The notes: generated by a model not told the origin, from the sequence alone. Positions 1-7,487 are shown, counted from the stretch's first letter. The stretch is DNA of 11,680 nucleotides from Candidatus Methylomirabilota bacterium (GCA_046726415.1 JBKPAK010000162.1:1-11680); one strand, 5' to 3'. Numbers and translations: made by a program.

Positions 1-25
1 GTCGAAAAGTGCCCGTAACCGTAGC

Positions 26-43
26 ACGGAGGCATGCCTCCGT
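26..43. repeat. Perfect 18-bp palindrome ACGGAGGCATGCCTCCGT (possible operator or hairpin)
   Basis: The sequence equals its own reverse complement. It lies 16 nt past the methyltransferase stop and abuts a minus-strand TGcTACGGT extended -10-like motif (18..26). Confidence 0.6.
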
Positions 44-59
44 CCACCGGGCGGCGGGT

Positions 60-659
60 CTACACGCGGCGCGCGAGCACCATCCACTCCTGTCCTTGAC
101 GGCGCGGCGCGGACTGGAGCGGGGGAAAGGCACGCTCGATCCGGAAGCTCGGGCTCAGCCGCCGGCGAACCTCGCTCTTCGCCACGGGAAACGGTGGACC
201 AGCGCCGCGCCGTCGGATTGGGTAGAAGCACCCGAGCAGCCAGCCTCCCGGCCGGAGTATGGCCTTCACCGTGGCCACGTACTCTCGCCGTCGGCGGGGG
301 TCGATGGCGCAGAAGCAGGTGTACTCCCAGACTCCGTCAAAGACCGGAGGAGAGTTTCGCCCCAGACCGAAGATGTCCCGCTGCTCGAAGCTGACCTCCA
401 CCTCGCGGCGCCGCGCTAGCGCCCGCGCCGCGCCGATGGCGGTCGGCGAGAAGTCGAAGCCCACCACGTCGTATCCGCATTGCGCGAGATGGCGAGCGTC
501 ATGGCCCCGCCCGCATCCCAGCACGGCGACTCGTCCGCGCGGTGGGGGCGTCGTCTCGATGAAGCGCACGAGGGGAGGAGCGGGTGCGCCGAGCTCCCAG
601 CCGTCGCCGCCACGTTCGTACAGATCCTGCCAGAACGCCGGTGAGCTCACATCGGCCAC
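60..659 (-). CDS. Class I SAM-dependent methyltransferase, TPMT / halide-thiol methyltransferase family (~199 aa)
   Basis: FWQDLYERGGDGWELGAPAPPL N-terminus, SAM motif I VLGCGRGHDA, VGFDFS, FDGVWEYTCFCAIDP, GPPF. Likely start is GTG at 659; GTG at 650 (GTGA overlap with the upstream stop) is an alternative. The ORF-track extension to 806 overlaps the HAD gene in another frame. Confidence 0.88.
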   Translation of the reverse strand: MADVSSPAFWQDLYERGGDGWELGAPAPPLVRFIETTPPPRGRVAVLGCGRGHDARHLAQCGYDVVGFDFSPTAIGAARALARRREVEVSFEQRDIFGLGRNSPPVFDGVWEYTCFCAIDPRRRREYVATVKAILRPGGWLLGCFYPIRRRGAGPPFPVAKSEVRRRLSPSFRIERAFPPLQSAPRRQGQEWMVLARRV

Positions 660-1290
660 GTCAGCCCCGCGAAGCTCGTGATCGCTCTCTCGGCACCCGC
701 CTGACTGAGCTCGTCGCTCGAGTGCGCCGTGGTGACGCCGATGACCCGCATGCCCGCCCGCCGGGCCACCTGCACGCCCACCACGGCGTCCTCGAACACG
801 AGGCACTTCGCCGCGGCGACCCCGATTTTCTCCGCCGCCTTCCGGTAGACCTCAGGGTTTGGCTTGCCTCGCACCACATCATCGGCGGTCACGACGGCGC
901 GAAGTGTCTCCCCAGGCCGAGGGTCCGGAGGACGTGCTGAGCCTCGTGGCGCGAAGCGGAGGTGGCGACCGCGCAGGCGATGCCGCTGCCGGACACCGAG
1001 GCCACAAAGGCCGCGGCTCCGGGCACCGCCACCGCGCCTCGGCGCACCAGATGGCGATACAGGTCGCGCTTGCGTCGGGCCAGCCGCATGGCCTCGACGG
1101 CGATCAGCGCTCGACCGAGCAGGAGCCTCACCGCTTCGTGGGCCGGGCGGCCGATGGTCAGTCGCCACGATTCCTCGATGGTGACGCGAGCCCCCAGCTC
1201 ATGGAGGAGCGCGCCCCGTGCGGCCCGATGGTGTTGATCGGACTCAACCAGGACTCCGTCCATGTCGAAGATGACACCGCGGACGCTTAC
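647..1290 (-). pseudogene. HAD-superfamily phosphatase (beta-PGM/CbbY-like, subfamily IA), disrupted as sequenced
   Basis: Motif I VIFDMDGVL and motif II VATSA lie in the 889..1263 frame; GKPNPEVY and VFEDAVVGV lie in the 647..1168 frame. The junction CAC TTC GC GCC GTC GTG (~899-900) lacks 1 nt. No in-frame ATG/GTG/TTG was found in the ~300 nt checked upstream of motif I; GTA at 1290..1288 sits where a GTG overlapping the yktB stop would be expected. Confidence 0.85.
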
Positions 1291-1916
1291 GGCAAGCGAT
1301 ACAAGGGCGAGAGCGCCCGAACCGTATCCAGGGCCGCCGCTCGATACTGAGCCTCCGTCCAGCGGGCGGCTTCGGATGCGGGAACCGCGCGCCCGACCAC
1401 GAACTGACCGTCGCGCGTCCTGAGGATTTCGTCGCCGAGCGCGCCCAATTCGTCCACCGAGAGATCGACCAAGAGCGCCGCGGGTTGCTCGTCGTGCTCG
1501 GTCTTGAAGTAGGCCAGGCCCTTCATCCGATTGAGCACGGGACCCAACCGGGGAGCGTTCTTCTTCCAGGCCGCCACCCAGCGCTTCTTGTCCGCGTGTT
1601 CAGGACCCACCTCGAACAGGAAGCGCACGGCATTCCGCGAGACGGCGACCTTGAAGTGGCAATGCTTCTTGTAGCCACGGTGGTCGGGGGCGAAGGCGAC
1701 CCACGTATCGTGCGGAGGGTTCACCGTGCGCCGGGCATGCCTGGCCACGTGCGCGAAGGCTTCGGCCCCGGTGGCCCGGCTCACCTCGGGCAGGAGCCGC
1801 TGCCCGAGCGTCTCGAGCTTGGGCCGGATACGCCCGCGGATCTCGCTCATGCGCGGGGCGAATCCTTTGACCTCGAACACCTTGAAGTCAGCGTTACCGA
1901 AGGCAGTGGACGGCAT
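1287..1916 (-). CDS. yktB: YktB / DUF1054 (UPF0637) family protein (~209 aa)
   Basis: DFKVF..GF..RM..IR..IRPKL..LG and AHVARHARRTVNPPHDTWVAF....RGYKKHCHF closely match the Bacillus YktB pattern as I recall it (HVAKHARRSVNPPxDSWVAF...KRGYKKLPHF). ATG at 1916 is preceded by a GAGGAG SD. Confidence 0.88.
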   Translation of the reverse strand: MPSTAFGNADFKVFEVKGFAPRMSEIRGRIRPKLETLGQRLLPEVSRATGAEAFAHVARHARRTVNPPHDTWVAFAPDHRGYKKHCHFKVAVSRNAVRFLFEVGPEHADKKRWVAAWKKNAPRLGPVLNRMKGLAYFKTEHDEQPAALLVDLSVDELGALGDEILRTRDGQFVVGRAVPASEAARWTEAQYRAAALDTVRALSPLYRLP

Positions 1917-1944
1917 GGATGGTCTCCTCGGCTCGACGGATTCC

Positions 1945-3417
1945 CTAGAGGTCGTCGAGCGGGAAGATGGGACGGCGCACACGCGTGAAGGCGAAGCGCG
2001 CGAGGTTCGAGGACGAAAGGCCGGGCGCGTCGACCTCGACGATGGCGTGGGCGATAGGCTCGAAGGCCGCCCGATAGTGGATCGTCGACTTCACGACCAG
2101 GAGGCGCTCTCCCCGCGGATCGATGCCCACGAAGCGGATCATCTCGGGATCGAGGGTCTGCCAGCGGTGCGAGATCACGATGATTTTGACGCCGTCCACG
2201 TCGACGACGGCGGTGGGCCCGAGGCGCCCTTCGAGCCCCCTGAACATCGGCCCGTGGTGCACGAAGCGCCCGTCGGAGAGCGTGCGCACCCGGCCCGTCA
2301 CCGCGACCGGCGCGCCGTGACTTGGATCGATCTTGCCCCCCACCGACAGGGTGAGGCGGGCCCCCACTCCGGCACCGAGGCACGCCCGCACCGCCTCCGG
2401 ATCCCAAAGGCAGGCCACCGTTGTACCCCGGGCACCCACCCGCAACACCTCGCGCAGGATCTCGGTGGTGTCGCCGGCTGCGCCGCCGCCGGTGTTGTCG
2501 GCGATGTCGGCCAGCACCACTGGGCCTCCCGTTCCGGACAGGGTCAACGCCGTGGCGACGGCCTCCCGCACCGGCAGCGCGTGATGGATGAATTCGCGAC
2601 GATGCTCCCACGCCGTTTGCGCCAGCCGATCGGCGCACTCGTCGGCCAGTGCCTGGTCGGCATGAGTGGCCACGTACACGCTCAGTCCGGCGTCGTGGAC
2701 ATCGGCCAGCGGGAAACCGGCGAAGACGGAGATCGAAATCACGCCGGGCCGCCGCTCCAGCCGCCCGGCGAGATCGTACAGCCGCCGCATGGGACCGCGC
2801 GCGGTGAGTTGACCAGCTATGGGTGGCAGCAGAGGGGGCTGGCGCAGCGCCACCGTCGGGCGAAGGCGTCCCTCGGTCACGTCGATCAGGCGCGCCGCGG
2901 CCTCCTGGCCGCGTTCGGCCATATCGACATGGGGATACGTCTTGTACCCGTGCAGCAGCGTGGCGTGGCGGGCCATGGCCCGGGTCACGTTGGCGTGCAA
3001 ATCGAGGGTCACCACGACGGGCAGGGTGGGTCCGACCACGCTCCGGACCGCCGCCAAGAGATCACCCTCGCCGTCCTCGAGACCCTCGGGCACCATCGCG
3101 CCGTGCAAGTCGAGGAGGACTCCTTGCGGCGGGCCGGCCTTGACCAGATCATCGAGCAGCCGGCCCTTGAGGTCCTCGTAGATATCCTTGGTCACACGTC
3201 CGGCGGGCGACGCGGAGGCGGCCACCGACGGCACGAGGGTGAGGCCGCGCTGGGCCGCGACGTCGATCATGCCACCAAGGCAGGTACCGGTCCCCCGGTA
3301 GGCCTCGACGATCTCGCCGCCGTAGCGGAGATCGCGGGCCTCGAACTGGGCGCGGTCAGTGGGGATCGTGCTGAAGGTGTTGGTTTCATGCGAGACCATG
3401 GCGACGAAGATGCGCAC
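1945..3417 (-). CDS. M81 family metallopeptidase (MlrC / microcystinase C-like, 490 aa)
   Basis: HETNTFS, LDLHGAM, VTLDLHAN, YKTYPHVD, DIADNTGGG and KSTIHYRAAF motifs; typical length; AGGAGG SD before the GTG start. Confidence 0.93.
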   Translation of the reverse strand: MRIFVAMVSHETNTFSTIPTDRAQFEARDLRYGGEIVEAYRGTGTCLGGMIDVAAQRGLTLVPSVAASASPAGRVTKDIYEDLKGRLLDDLVKAGPPQGVLLDLHGAMVPEGLEDGEGDLLAAVRSVVGPTLPVVVTLDLHANVTRAMARHATLLHGYKTYPHVDMAERGQEAAARLIDVTEGRLRPTVALRQPPLLPPIAGQLTARGPMRRLYDLAGRLERRPGVISISVFAGFPLADVHDAGLSVYVATHADQALADECADRLAQTAWEHRREFIHHALPVREAVATALTLSGTGGPVVLADIADNTGGGAAGDTTEILREVLRVGARGTTVACLWDPEAVRACLGAGVGARLTLSVGGKIDPSHGAPVAVTGRVRTLSDGRFVHHGPMFRGLEGRLGPTAVVDVDGVKIIVISHRWQTLDPEMIRFVGIDPRGERLLVVKSTIHYRAAFEPIAHAIVEVDAPGLSSSNLARFAFTRVRRPIFPLDDL

Positions 3418-3448
3418 GCGACCTCCTGACCGCGACGGGGCGAAGGGT

Positions 3449-3477
3449 AGTGTAATGGGTCACCGCGCGAGTGTAAA
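3449..3477 (-). promoter_or_regulatory. Sigma70-type promoter of the M81 operon: TTTACA-N17-TACACT
   Basis: On the minus strand, -35 TTTACA (3477..3472), a 17-nt spacer and -10 TACACT (3454..3449). Predicted TSS ~3441-3442 gives a ~25-nt leader containing AGGAGG. Confidence 0.7.
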
Positions 3478-3546
3478 CGGCAACGATACGCGATCGGTGT
3501 CCCGCGCCGCGCGGAGCCTTTGCGAGGGAGGCGCGCGCGCCGGTCG

Positions 3547-3565
3547 GGCGGGGCGGCGCCCCGCC
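3547..3565 (-). terminator. GC-rich hairpin downstream of the GT2 gene (possible terminator or 3' stabiliser, no U-tract)
   Basis: GGCGGGGC-ggc-GCCCCGCC forms an 8-bp stem. A second 6-bp hairpin CCCGGT-cca-ACCGGG lies at 3585..3599. Confidence 0.3.
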
Positions 3566-3601
3566 ACCATCAGCCGAGAGCGCACCCGGTCCAACCGGGA
3601 C

Positions 3602-4306
3602 TCAACCGAAGAAGCGGTAGCGCACGATGTGGAAGAGAGCGGCGGCGCCATCGCGCCACGTGATCTTCTTGCCCTCGGCGTAGGTGCGGCCGTGGTATCG
3701 GATGGGCACCTCGTAGAGTCGCACCCCGAGTCGCGCCACCTTGATCGTGAGCTCCGGTTCGATGCCGAAGCGCTCGGCGGTCAGGTGCAGCCGGCGTACG
3801 ACATCGGCAGTGAAGACTTTATACCCGACCTCCATATCGGACAGATTCAGTCCGGTCAGCGCGTTGGTCATCAGGGTCAGCGTCTTGTTGGCCAGGTAGT
3901 GCCAGAAGTAGAGGGCGCGATGCGGGCCGCCATGAAAGCGGTTGCCGAAGACCACGTCGGCATATCCCTCGAGGATGGGTTCGAGGAGCTGTGGATAGTC
4001 ACGGGGATCATACTCGAGGTCGGCATCCTGGACGATGATGATATCGCCCCGGGCTTCCGCGAGGCCCGAGCGCAGGGCCGCTCCTTTTCCGCGATTGACG
4101 GAATGCCGCACAAGGCGAAGATCGCCGCGGTTCTCGGCGACAAGCTTCTCGACCATGGCCACCGTGTCATCGCGGGAGGCGTCGTCGACCACGACAATCT
4201 CATGCGGGAGGGTGACCGGGGCGGCCCGCACGCGGGCCACGATATCGGCAATGGTGTGGGCCTCATTGTATGCGGGAATGATGATGGAAAGAAGGGGCGG
4301 GCTCAT
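3602..4306 (-). CDS. GT2 glycosyltransferase, DPM1 / polyprenol-phosphate glycosyltransferase-like (234 aa)
   Basis: IIIPAYNE, VVDDAS, NRGKGAA, QDADLEYDP (DxD), LSDMEVGYK, RFGIEPE, EVPIRYHGR..EGKKI; GAGGAGG SD upstream. Confidence 0.93.
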   Translation of the reverse strand: MSPPLLSIIIPAYNEAHTIADIVARVRAAPVTLPHEIVVVDDASRDDTVAMVEKLVAENRGDLRLVRHSVNRGKGAALRSGLAEARGDIIIVQDADLEYDPRDYPQLLEPILEGYADVVFGNRFHGGPHRALYFWHYLANKTLTLMTNALTGLNLSDMEVGYKVFTADVVRRLHLTAERFGIEPELTIKVARLGVRLYEVPIRYHGRTYAEGKKITWRDGAAALFHIVRYRFFG

Positions 4307-4490
4307 CGTCGACGGCCTCCTCGCTGAAGTCTAGCTCGAATCGACGTCCAGATATGCCGAACGCCATCGTGCTCCCTCTGCCTAAGGTCAGCCGAAAATG
4401 TCCGCGCTCGACATCGACTCGTCACTGGGCACCATCCTGACGGCGCGGAGCGGTACGCTGGTGTCCCGGCCTGCGCGACGAGGCGCCGAC

Positions 4491-4519
4491 TTGCATCCTT
4501 CGGGGAGATTCCCTAGGGT
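4491..4519 (+). promoter_or_regulatory. Putative sigma70 promoter of the GT-C gene: TTGCAT-N17-TAGGGT
   Basis: TTGCAT at 4491..4496, a 17-nt spacer, TAGGGT at 4514..4519; GAGG at 4527..4530 precedes GTG 4532 / ATG 4535. Confidence 0.5.
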
Positions 4520-4531
4520 AGGGCACGAGGC

Positions 4532-6544
4532 GTGATGCTCACGGCCCTCCTGCCACTGCTCACCGTGATTCTCCTTCTGGTCACCGCGCGCGCTCGACTG
4601 CCCTGCTGGCGGATTGCGTTCTTGGTCGCCGCCGTTCTGTGGGGCCTAGCCGTCGTCATCTCGACCGAGGTTCTCAGTCTGTGGCACGCGCTCAACTTTT
4701 GGGGCGTGTTGCTGTCGTGGATGGCGCTGAGCGGCCTGCTCGCGTGGTGGGGCTGGCGAAATCGGGAGCAGCTCGCCAGGCTGAGTCTCGTCACGGCCGT
4801 CCCACTGAGCGCGGTAGACCGCCTCCTACTGCTCGGCGTGGCGGCGATCGTGATGATGGTCGGGATTCTGGGACTCCTCGCTCCCCCCAACAGCTGGGAC
4901 GCGATGACCTATCACATGAGTCGGGTTGTTCATTGGATTCAGCACCAGAGCATCGCCCACTATCCAACGCCCATTGCCCGGCAGCTCCATGCGCCGCCGT
5001 GGGCCGAGTTCGCCATCCTACTGCTGCAGGTTCTTACCAAGGGCGATCGGCTCGCCAATCTTGTGCAGTGGTTCAGCATGGTCGTGAGCCTCGTCGGCGT
5101 TTCTCTCCTCGCCAAGCAGCTCGGCGGCGATCGGCGTTCGCAGATCCTCGCGACCGTGGTCGCCGCGACGCTCCCCATGGGAATCATGCAAGGGTCGAGC
5201 ACCCAGAACGACTACGCCGCCACCTGTTGGCTGACCTGCATGGCCGTCTTCGTGCTCTTCATCAACGGCCAGCCTCGCGGGGCTCCGGTGCGAGCCTGGG
5301 CGCTCCTCGTCGGTGCGGCCCTGGGGCTCGCCCTGTTGACCAAGGCCGTCGCGTACATCTTCGCCTTGCCCATGCTGGTCTGGATGGCTTTCGTCCAGCT
5401 CCGCCGGGGCGCGTATTGCGCATGGCGAACCATTGCCCTCGTCGCGGTGGTGGTGGCCCTCATCAATGCGGGATACTACATCCGGAACATTGAAACGTAC
5501 GGGGCGCCCCTGGGCCCGGGCCGGGAAGGCGCTCTCCAGTACGCCAATGCCGTGCTTGGCGGTCGAGCGCTGATCTCGGTGATCGTCCGCAACGTTGGCC
5601 TCCACCTCGGCACGCCTTGGCCCGACGTCAATGCGCTCACCAACGCGGCCGTGGGTAGAGTGCATCGATCCCTCGGCGTGGACATCAACAATCCTGCGAT
5701 AACCTGGGGCGAGACGAAATTCGCAGTATCGCTTCCCGTCTATCACGAGGATTACGCCGGCAATGTATGGCATGCCATGTTGGCGGTACTTGCCCTCGGG
5801 GCGGTGGCGGGTTGCCCTGACCTTCGACGCCGACACCGGCTCGTCATCTATACCGGCGTGCCTCTGATCGGGTTTGTGTTGTTTAGTGCCGTCCTCCGAT
5901 GGCAGCCGTGGCACAGCCGCCTCCTATTGCCGTTGTTCGTTCTGGGTGCCCCGGTGCTGGGGATTGTCCTCAGTCGGCGTCGCGTGCTGGGTTCGATCGT
6001 TGCGCTGGGGCTCGTCCTCGCGACGGTGCCGTGGCTGGTCTTCAACGAGGCAAAGCGTCTGGTGGGACCGGCGAACGTGCTGTACCAGCCCCGGGAGCAG
6101 CAGTACTTCGCCCTTCGCCCTGACCATCGGGGCCCGTATACGGAGGCCGTGGAGCAACTCAAGAAGAGACGGTGTGCGACGCTCGGCCTCCTCACCGCCG
6201 CCGACGACTGGGAATATCCGCTATGGGTACTTGTGGAGGGAGCGCTGGGGAGAGAGCAGCTTCGGCTGGAGACCGTGGGAATCCCTGACCAACGCACACA
6301 TCCCTTCGAACCGTGTGCCATCGTGGCAACGTATCCGGTAGTATTCGGTGAACTCACGGTGGGCCGACAGACGTATCGGCGCACCGTGTTTGCCCCCCCG
6401 GTTGTCCTGTTTTTGCCGGAGGGCCAGCCGGACGGGGCCGGCTGGCCAGAACGTGGTGGCGATGCTCCACCGGGCGCGTACGAGGGTGCGGGAGATCGTC
6501 GGGGCACACGCGCGCATCCAACCGAGCGCCACCACGGTGCGTAG
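4532..6544 (+). CDS. Polytopic membrane glycosyltransferase, GT-C fold (ArnT/PMT-like); last ~33 aa probably out of frame
   Basis: Many hydrophobic TM-like segments, loop motif PPNSWDAMTYHMSRV, STQND, ALLTK, WQPWHSRLLLP. Adjacent to a DPM1-like GT2. Start is GTG 4532 or ATG 4535. Confidence 0.75.
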   Translation: MMLTALLPLLTVILLLVTARARLPCWRIAFLVAAVLWGLAVVISTEVLSLWHALNFWGVLLSWMALSGLLAWWGWRNREQLARLSLVTAVPLSAVDRLLLLGVAAIVMMVGILGLLAPPNSWDAMTYHMSRVVHWIQHQSIAHYPTPIARQLHAPPWAEFAILLLQVLTKGDRLANLVQWFSMVVSLVGVSLLAKQLGGDRRSQILATVVAATLPMGIMQGSSTQNDYAATCWLTCMAVFVLFINGQPRGAPVRAWALLVGAALGLALLTKAVAYIFALPMLVWMAFVQLRRGAYCAWRTIALVAVVVALINAGYYIRNIETYGAPLGPGREGALQYANAVLGGRALISVIVRNVGLHLGTPWPDVNALTNAAVGRVHRSLGVDINNPAITWGETKFAVSLPVYHEDYAGNVWHAMLAVLALGAVAGCPDLRRRHRLVIYTGVPLIGFVLFSAVLRWQPWHSRLLLPLFVLGAPVLGIVLSRRRVLGSIVALGLVLATVPWLVFNEAKRLVGPANVLYQPREQQYFALRPDHRGPYTEAVEQLKKRRCATLGLLTAADDWEYPLWVLVEGALGREQLRLETVGIPDQRTHPFEPCAIVATYPVVFGELTVGRQTYRRTVFAPPVVLFLPEGQPDGAGWPERGGDAPPGAYEGAGDRRGTRAHPTERHHGA

Positions 6545-6877
6545 GGCAGAGCCGCTCCGGGTAGGTGTCGACGTCGAAGCTCCTGCGTGGAAATCCGTAT
6601 CGATATCGGTGGGAGTCGTGCTCCCCGATTGATTCACCGCGCTCTTCGTGTCGCCGCGGACGCTTCAGCGATCCTCATGAGCTTCACGGCATCCGCGACC
6701 TGCTTTTCCCCGGGGACCTTACCTCCCGGAGCCACGTGGCGGAACGAGGCGGTGATCGATACCGTCGTGCCGGTCGGGATACCCGTTGGCATGTATCGCG
6801 TGTTCGTGGTCGTTGCCGAGGGGACCGCGGACGAGGCACCCGTCCTCGGACTGGAGTCCGTGGAAGTGGTGCCGTAA
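6447..6877 (+). pseudogene. Disrupted C-terminal beta-rich extracytoplasmic domain, probably originally fused to the GT-C protein
   Basis: Frame 3 reads QNVVAML...TVRRAEPLRVGVDVEAPAWKSVSISVGVVLPD*FTALFVSP (TGA 6630..6632). Frame 2 then reads GTLPPGATWRNEAVIDTVVPVGIPVGMYRVFVVVAEG...LESVEVVP* (TAA ending 6877). Both show alternating hydrophobic strand patterns. Confidence 0.55.
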
Positions 6878-7018
6878 GGGCGGTGCGCAGGGCAGTAGCC
6901 TGGAGTCGGCGGACCGGCGCGTGGGCGATCCAGCGAAACGTCTCACCGCGTTCGGGAAGTGTCGCACGTGCGTGCTGTCGGGCAGCGAATCGGTCAGCGG
7001 TGTCGATGGGCAAGCGAC

Positions 7019-7399
7019 GTTGACGACGGCCATCTGATTTGGGGGCCACCCGCCATCAGCTCGGCGATCTGCGGGGCTATTCGGGGATGATGCGCACGCG
7101 CACGTACTTGAAGGCCAGCCGGGGGCCCCAGTGGTCGTCGTTGCGCGTCAACAGATGTTCTTGCTTCTTGGTCCACGTTGACGAGCGTGTAGGGGCCGGT
7201 CCCGACTGGATTCTCTTGCATCCCTTCGTGGCCCTTGTCCGTGATGATCTTCTGCGACTGGATGACCTGCGCGGTCGGGCGCTTCACGAAGAGCGGATAG
7301 GGCCCATCGGTCTTGAAAACGGTCGGTGGAGTCGTCCACCACCTCCACGCTCCTGATCTCGGCGTGGTGGCCTCGAGCCGAAAGCTTGTCGGAGTCCAT
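7019..7399 (-). pseudogene. Decayed internal fragment of a family-5 (DppA/OppA-like) ABC solute-binding protein gene
   Basis: Stitched across frames: IRSVEVVDDSTDRF/KTDGPYPLF...ENPVGTGPYTLV/WTKKQEHLLTRNDDHWG...KYVRVRIIPE/APQIAELMAGG/PPNQMAVVN. Frame breaks at ~7317, ~7176, ~7080 and ~7045. No signal peptide or C-terminal half. Confidence 0.8.
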
Positions 7400-7487
7400 C
7401 CCGTGGTGCGAACGGCATCGAACCTCGTGAAATGTCCGCCATGTTCGGGTAGATCACGGGAGGTGTCAAGGTCGCCGTAGCCTCGAC

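Noticed and set aside
660..806. ORF-track N-terminal extensions of the methyltransferase (to 806), yktB (to 1982) and SBP (from 8234)
   Set aside because: They overlap neighbouring genes in other frames; better starts exist at 659/650, 1916 and 8450.
36..1361. 11-bp direct match GCCTCCGTCCA at 36..46 and 1351..1361
   Set aside because: One copy is inside yktB coding sequence, the pair does not bound a coherent element, and the length is compatible with chance.
1945..3417. A microcystin degradation (mlrABCD) cluster
   Set aside because: No mlrA-like protease, mlrB-like serine hydrolase or mlrD-like transporter in the window; M81 homologs are widespread outside that pathway.
1726..3429. 567-aa plus-strand ORF, and similar long ORFs 3359..4327, 5018..5914, 8356..9519 and 8381..9292
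   Set aside because: Antisense or alternate-frame shadows of well-supported genes, common in high-GC DNA; no recognisable motifs.
3530..3541. GGCGCGCGCGCC alternating-GC palindrome
   Set aside because: Short, low-complexity and expected by chance at this GC content.
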